64,000 nt of DNA from Nitrosopumilaceae archaeon (GTDB lineage Archaea > Thermoproteota > Nitrososphaeria > Nitrososphaerales > Nitrosopumilaceae): the NCBI GenBank assembly GCA_965207375.1, contig OZ242274.1, forward strand, positions 512,001 to 576,000, read 5' to 3'. Below the pieces are notes generated by a model. The model saw nothing but the letters and a program-made list of their open reading frames with translations. It did not search any database and was not told the DNA's origin. Shown in pieces: positions 58,755 through 64,000 of the stretch; position 1 is the stretch's first letter, and each line of letters starts with the position of its first letter. Made by a program: the position numbers and the translations under genes.

Positions 58755-60221
58755 TTGAACAAACCACTGTTAATTTTTGTTATCTCTATAGCAATTGTAG
58801 CTGCTGCAATAATTCCAGCTTTGACTCAGGACCTTGCAGACGCAAAATCTACCAAAAAAATTCATTTCACTCAAACACTTACCTCATTTCAGGATCCTGG
58901 ACAGGGACATGAGAACCATCAGCTAGCACTAATTTTGTCTCCCGAAAAAGGCATAATTTATGACGGCTCTCTCACATATACCTCAGATATGCCAATACAA
59001 ATTGCCGTTTTGCATGAAATTACACCAGAACAATCACAAGGTCAGCCAATCTGGACGGTGGATGGAAACACCATATACGGACTTAGTTTGATAGATACTG
59101 GCAGCAAATCTGGATCCTTTGAATTTACGGGGGCAGCACTTGCACTACACAGTCCGACACCTGATACCTTTACTGCAACTGTAAGCGTAGACGGTTGGAT
59201 ACGCGGCGGCGCAATAGAGTTTGTCACACAGGATATTGCCGTACAGCAAGAACTACCTTCTGTTAACTTGTTTCAATCCAATGTTGCTGCAAAAATCCCA
59301 ATGCATACGGGATTATACAACGATACACAGGTACTGTACATAATTACTGATTCAAGTGATGAAAATCTTGCAGAACAAATTTCTGCCAAGCAAGAATGGA
59401 ATGTCGAGGTTGCATCTCCACTGTCTGCTGCACCTGAGGACATGATACAAACCATTTATTTTTTTACTAACGGCATAAATGGTAACGGCCTGTATGGATT
59501 TCAAGATGAGGTGTTCTCTGATACTCCAAGCCAATATGAACAATACAGTGCATTACGAGAGATAGTCAATGTGTCATGGAAACTTGGACAAAACCCCGAC
59601 ACGCTTGGCTCCGTAGATGACATCTTGCAGGCAGAAAAAAATGGGAGAATCATTCTGGATGAGACCGGAATCATACTTAACACACCGCAAATTGTCTGGC
59701 CTGATGGCCAAATGCAAATACGCGATGAAAATACCATAAATGATGATACGCCATATACAGGCGGACAAATAGCACAAATAGATACCGAGTCTAATACTGT
59801 GACATTTGTTGCACACAGAGGCTGGGGTCCTGACGGCAGAACCATATACTATATTGTAACTGATGCAACACCTACAGGCCCTGCAGATATAATGGGGGTA
59901 CCAGATGTTCCCTCATCTGCACAACTGATTTCAAGTTCTGCAGCAGTTGATTTGTATCAGTTCAAAAACGGACTAGTAGGCTCTGGTCCCTTGGGATTTC
60001 AGCCCGGAATTGCATCTGCAGGTACAGGCGATGAGACATACAGCCCCATGTGGAGAATATTTCTAGTCGAATGGAACAAAACTGACAACGTGAGACTGTT
60101 AGAAACAATTGATGATATTAACACGGCAAAATCTAACGGTTCAATTACAGTCAGTATTGCAAGACCAACCAACAGCGATCATATTGTTAACTGCCCATTC
60201 ATAGATCCATTCCAAAACTGA
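58755..60221 (+). CDS. Exported protein with two tandem homologous domains
   Basis: Signal/TM helix; repeated YI(I/V)TD..Y.F.NG..G..GFQ..YS..W unit ending in LNTP / VNCP. Confidence 0.8.
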   Translation: MNKPLLIFVISIAIVAAAIIPALTQDLADAKSTKKIHFTQTLTSFQDPGQGHENHQLALILSPEKGIIYDGSLTYTSDMPIQIAVLHEITPEQSQGQPIWTVDGNTIYGLSLIDTGSKSGSFEFTGAALALHSPTPDTFTATVSVDGWIRGGAIEFVTQDIAVQQELPSVNLFQSNVAAKIPMHTGLYNDTQVLYIITDSSDENLAEQISAKQEWNVEVASPLSAAPEDMIQTIYFFTNGINGNGLYGFQDEVFSDTPSQYEQYSALREIVNVSWKLGQNPDTLGSVDDILQAEKNGRIILDETGIILNTPQIVWPDGQMQIRDENTINDDTPYTGGQIAQIDTESNTVTFVAHRGWGPDGRTIYYIVTDATPTGPADIMGVPDVPSSAQLISSSAAVDLYQFKNGLVGSGPLGFQPGIASAGTGDETYSPMWRIFLVEWNKTDNVRLLETIDDINTAKSNGSITVSIARPTNSDHIVNCPFIDPFQN

Positions 60222-60248
60222 AAGGATAAATTATCATCATGAATTTAC

Positions 60249-61049
60249 TTGTACATGACAGGTAAACTCTACATAGTAGGTGTCGGACCCGGACACCATG
60301 ATCATATGACGTACAGGGCAAAACAGGCAATAGAGCAAAGTGATACCATAGTCGGATATGAAACATATGTTAATTTGGTTGCAGATCTAATTGACGGCAA
60401 GGAAGTTCATCGCTACGCCATGACACAAGAAGTTGAACGTGCACACCAATGCATCGATTTGGCAAAATCTGGAAGAACAGTATCCCTTGTCTCTAGCGGC
60501 GATCCTGGAATCTATGGAATGGCAGGCCTTATCTATGAAACTTTAGCAGCAACAAAGTGGGATCCAAAAAAGGGACTGCCCGTAGAAATCATTCCAGGAG
60601 TATCAGCACTTAATTCCTGCGCATCAATTATCGGCTCTCCACTAATGACTGATTTTGCAGTATTGAGTATGAGTGATCTTTTGGTCCCTTGGGAAATCAT
60701 TACCAAACGTGTGGAGGCTGCAGCACGCGGCGACTTTGTAATGGTAATCTACAATCCTTCAAGCAAAAAACGAATTCATCAATTACAAGACACAAGAAAG
60801 ATTATCCTCAAATACAGGGAACCTGCAACTCCGGTTGCAATTATCAAAGGTGCCTTTAGAGAATCTCAAAGCGTCATTCTAACTGATCTGGAAAACATGG
60901 AAGATTATGCAGACAAATTGGGAATGATTAGTACCGTAATTATTGGCAATTCCTCAACCTACACATACCAAGATTTGATGATTAATCCTAGAGGCTACAA
61001 GTCAAAATATAACCTAAAGGAGCAGACAAATCCCGATCTTAAAGTCTAG
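60249..61049 (+). CDS. cobJ: Precorrin-3B C17-methyltransferase
   Basis: VGVGPG, SSGDPGIYGMAG, DFAVLSMSDLLVPW, YNP and NPRGY motifs. Confidence 0.95.
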   Translation: MYMTGKLYIVGVGPGHHDHMTYRAKQAIEQSDTIVGYETYVNLVADLIDGKEVHRYAMTQEVERAHQCIDLAKSGRTVSLVSSGDPGIYGMAGLIYETLAATKWDPKKGLPVEIIPGVSALNSCASIIGSPLMTDFAVLSMSDLLVPWEIITKRVEAAARGDFVMVIYNPSSKKRIHQLQDTRKIILKYREPATPVAIIKGAFRESQSVILTDLENMEDYADKLGMISTVIIGNSSTYTYQDLMINPRGYKSKYNLKEQTNPDLKV

Positions 61050-62089
61050 TGACTTTTCTTTATGGCATCGTGTAGTTCTTCGGACAGTTCCAACTTGTCT
61101 CTTATGGGAGAAATTATCTTTGTCAGGTATTTGCCAACGGTTTGCTTCAAATCTGCAGGATGCAGCTTTTTATTTACGAAACTAGACTCTAATTCCTCAT
61201 AACTGGTATAGCTTATGTTGCCGCCAAATTTTTCGGGTCGTTCCACATTGAATTCGCAATACTCGTGAAATATCACATGCTTTGAAATCTCTAGCAGAGG
61301 ATTGTTTTGTATAATTCCCTCCTCGCACCAGGATTTTGAGATCTTGCTTTTGATCTCATCATCTGTATTGTGAATGAATATGCCTGAATCCGGATCTGAC
61401 TTGCTCATCTTGCCCAACTGTTTGTCCTTTGGGTCTACCTGCTTGCTCAATGCAGGCAACAGTTTGTGATGTACTGCTATTGGCACCTTCCATCCTATTT
61501 TGGGAAAGACTTCTCTTGCAAGCATGTGGATTTTTCTCTGATCCATGCCTGCATGTGCAATGTCCACATCTAACGAGTGGATATCTACTGCCTGCATGGG
61601 CGGATACAACAATTTTGCAAGATCAATTTTTTCTTCATCTTGCCCCCTTCCCATAATTGTCAGTGTTCTCATTGTTCTTGCCAGAGACATGTGTTTTGCA
61701 AAGCCTACAACCTCTGACCAGTATTGCTTTTTTGAATCGTATAGTTCTGAACCTAGTTTGATATTTACGCCAGGACAAACCAGTTTGAAGGCGTCTGCAT
61801 AATACTTTGATACCTTCGATATTGTATCCCAATCTCCTCCCAATTTGTCATTAATTACTGTGTGCCAGTCTGCAAGAAATACCGTACAGTTTACTCCTGC
61901 CTTGATAAAGTCGTTAATTTTAAAACCCGTACTGATTAAACTGCCCAAATGCAAAAATCCAGAGATTTCCAGTCCGATGTAATGATTCGGACTCTGATTT
62001 GTTTCAAATAATTTTACCAACTCTTCTTGCTTTACAATCTCCTCAGTAGGCTGTCTTGCTACAAGTTCTACCTTTTCTATAACATCCAA
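61046..62089 (-). CDS. tyrS: Tyrosyl-tRNA synthetase
   Basis: YIGLEISGFLHLG, YPPMQAVD, GMDQRKIH and KMSKS motifs. Confidence 0.96.
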   Translation of the reverse strand: MDVIEKVELVARQPTEEIVKQEELVKLFETNQSPNHYIGLEISGFLHLGSLISTGFKINDFIKAGVNCTVFLADWHTVINDKLGGDWDTISKVSKYYADAFKLVCPGVNIKLGSELYDSKKQYWSEVVGFAKHMSLARTMRTLTIMGRGQDEEKIDLAKLLYPPMQAVDIHSLDVDIAHAGMDQRKIHMLAREVFPKIGWKVPIAVHHKLLPALSKQVDPKDKQLGKMSKSDPDSGIFIHNTDDEIKSKISKSWCEEGIIQNNPLLEISKHVIFHEYCEFNVERPEKFGGNISYTSYEELESSFVNKKLHPADLKQTVGKYLTKIISPIRDKLELSEELHDAIKKSH

Positions 62090-62131
62090 ACCAATCAGAC
62101 TCGTACTGATAACACTATAAAGTTACGTCCA

Positions 62132-62695
62132 TTAATCTTGTATAGTTTTTCGCGGTTTTGTACTAAGATAAAACGCATGTCCGCTAATGATTGCACCCAT
62201 AAGAAATATTTTGGTGGCAAAAATCAGGTTCCAAGGTCTGTCTGGTTCCGGATATGCCACAGTTAATGTGTCAATATCTGGAACAATCCCATCTACTATA
62301 CCTGCCGTGATTTGTGCGCCAAGCACTGTAAAATTCCACACAACCTCGTAGGAGCAAATTATTGTAAATCCCAACAACATGAGTTGTAATAGTGCCATTT
62401 TAATTCCGCCTAATTGTTTTGAGGTGGTTCTTTTCCATCCTATTCTGCTACAGCAGTACCATCCTATAATGGAGGCAAAAAACAACCAAGTAACTAGTTT
62501 GGCAAACCCGTCAAATGGAACATGTGTAGTTACCAATACCTCACCCATTACATATGTACCATTTTGCTCCCACTCTAACATCATGGCGTATACTCCATAA
62601 GCAAGAATTGATACCATTATGAATCCGCTAAGATAGAAAATATACAGAAATACTTTGTATCCTCTATCTGTCTCTTGTAGATGTCTTTGTGCCAT
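62132..62695 (-). CDS. Hypothetical membrane protein
   Basis: Four TM-like segments. Confidence 0.75.
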   Translation of the reverse strand: MAQRHLQETDRGYKVFLYIFYLSGFIMVSILAYGVYAMMLEWEQNGTYVMGEVLVTTHVPFDGFAKLVTWLFFASIIGWYCCSRIGWKRTTSKQLGGIKMALLQLMLLGFTIICSYEVVWNFTVLGAQITAGIVDGIVPDIDTLTVAYPEPDRPWNLIFATKIFLMGAIISGHAFYLSTKPRKTIQD

Positions 62696-62769
62696 GACTG
62701 TTGTTTTCATTTTTTTAAATATAAAACTTGGTGTAACTTTTAACCTCCTAACTACAAGCAGAAAATGCT

Positions 62770-63852
62770 TTGGGTGTACCAATTAACATTCCTGCATTGA
62801 GCAAGGAGGAAATCCGCGAGGTTAATCTAGTTTTAAAAAATAATGTATTGACAAATGCAAGCAGGCAGGGAGGATTAAACGTTCAAGAATTTGAAAAATT
62901 ATCCAAGCGATATTTAAAATCAAAATATGCCATAGCTGTAAATTCTGGCACCGCAGCTATTCAGGCAGCACTATATGCGTTAGATATCGGGGTAGGTGAT
63001 GAAGTTTTGTTGCCGTCATTTACCTTTGTTGCCACTGCCAATGCCGTAGTATCTACAGGTGCAAAACCTGTGTTTGTCGATATTGGTGAAAACTATACAT
63101 TAGATACAGAGGATCTACAAAAGAAAATAACAAAACGCTCCAAGGCAATAATTCCGGTTCATTTGTATGGAAATATGGCAAGAATCCACGAAATCATGAC
63201 AATTGCAAGAAAACATAATCTGAAAATTGTAGAAGATGCAGCACAATCTATGGGTTCAACATACAGGCAGAAACAGTCAGGCACTTTTGGCAATCTTGGC
63301 TGTTTTAGTTTGTATCCTGCAAAGGTAATGACATCAGGTGAGGGTGGTTTGATTGTAACTGATAGCAAAAAACTTTATGAAAAATTAACAATGATAAGAA
63401 ATCATGGCATGGTTCATGGATATGATTCTAAAATATTTGGATTAAATCTAAGAATGTCTGAAATTCATGCAGCCATTGCCAAAATTCAGATCAAAAAACT
63501 GCCATTGTTCCTAAAAAAGAGAAAACAAAATGCAAAAACTCTCTCAGAAATTCTATCCGGACTAGATGTCAGCCTACCACAGGAACCAAAATATGAAAAA
63601 ATAAACTGGTATTTGTATACTATTTCTACGGCCAAACAAAACTTTTTGAAGAAAAAACTCAACATCAAAGGCTTTGGTGCAAATGTCTATTATCCTATAC
63701 CTGTACATAAAATTCCATTTTATGCCTCAAAAAAGAAATTACCTGTTACAGAATGGGCATCAAAACATGTTTTATCATTGCCAATACATCCTGGTGTCAC
63801 AGATGATAATCTACATGATATGGCAAAAATAATCAAGCACGAATTAAGATGA
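62770..63852 (+). CDS. DegT/DnrJ/EryC1/StrS-family aminotransferase
   Basis: NSGTAA, TFVATANA, VHLYG, EDAAQ and FSLYPAKVMTSGEGG motifs. Confidence 0.96.
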   Translation: MGVPINIPALSKEEIREVNLVLKNNVLTNASRQGGLNVQEFEKLSKRYLKSKYAIAVNSGTAAIQAALYALDIGVGDEVLLPSFTFVATANAVVSTGAKPVFVDIGENYTLDTEDLQKKITKRSKAIIPVHLYGNMARIHEIMTIARKHNLKIVEDAAQSMGSTYRQKQSGTFGNLGCFSLYPAKVMTSGEGGLIVTDSKKLYEKLTMIRNHGMVHGYDSKIFGLNLRMSEIHAAIAKIQIKKLPLFLKKRKQNAKTLSEILSGLDVSLPQEPKYEKINWYLYTISTAKQNFLKKKLNIKGFGANVYYPIPVHKIPFYASKKKLPVTEWASKHVLSLPIHPGVTDDNLHDMAKIIKHELR

Positions 63853-64000
63853 ATTTTCTTGGAAATATGATAGGAAAAGCGTGTCAAGTTTTGTTGCCCA
63901 TACATGAGGAAATTTATCTGGGAAATCCAAATTCATCTGTTGCAATTTGTACATTATCTAGCATTTCTATGCTAAAAAAACTGTCAAATTCCAAAGTCAT
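63849..64000 (+). CDS. Partial ORF, MtrA-like domain protein (runs off window end)
   Basis: MNFLGNMIGKACQVLLPIHEEIYLGNPNSSVAICTLSS; G.P.S.VA.CTL.S resembles the MtrA N-terminus. Confidence 0.6.
   Translation, partial: MNFLGNMIGKACQVLLPIHEEIYLGNPNSSVAICTLSSISMLKKLSNSKV

Noticed and set aside
756-63905. Numerous antisense and nested ORFs in the track (e.g. 756-1202, 2548-3033, 24680-25153, 25117-25596, 27589-28047)
   Set aside because: Shadow frames opposite or inside well-supported genes, with no motifs of their own

Overview
This is a 64-kb chromosomal segment from an ammonia-oxidising archaeon (Nitrososphaerota, Nitrosopumilaceae-like). The assignment rests on PolD DP1/DP2, Cdc6 beside an ORB-containing origin, GGGP synthase, thermosome, GINS, PCNA, RpoL/TFS, PEFG-CTERM and CFI-box-CTERM proteins, and cobalamin methylases. 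Most of the window is housekeeping genes plus tRNA-Pro(GGG). Mobile DNA is abundant: an IS630 remnant near 12 kb, and a cluster at 38.2-44.4 kb with an intact IS630, intact and decayed ISH3 elements and two IS110 fragments. Several miniature inverted-repeat elements are also present, some with readable target-site duplications (TSDs). A small accessory patch at 49.2-52.5 kb carries a secreted FN3/S1-protease and an ABCE1 pseudogene. The best leads are: (1) a structured leader of an archaeal IS110 that resembles a bridge RNA; (2) helically phased GTTAA boxes in oriC beside four uncharacterised DNA-binding proteins, one membrane-anchored; (3) an orphan structured-RNA candidate at 7.9 kb; (4) the MITE families. 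All calls come from reading motifs by eye; no database searches were run.
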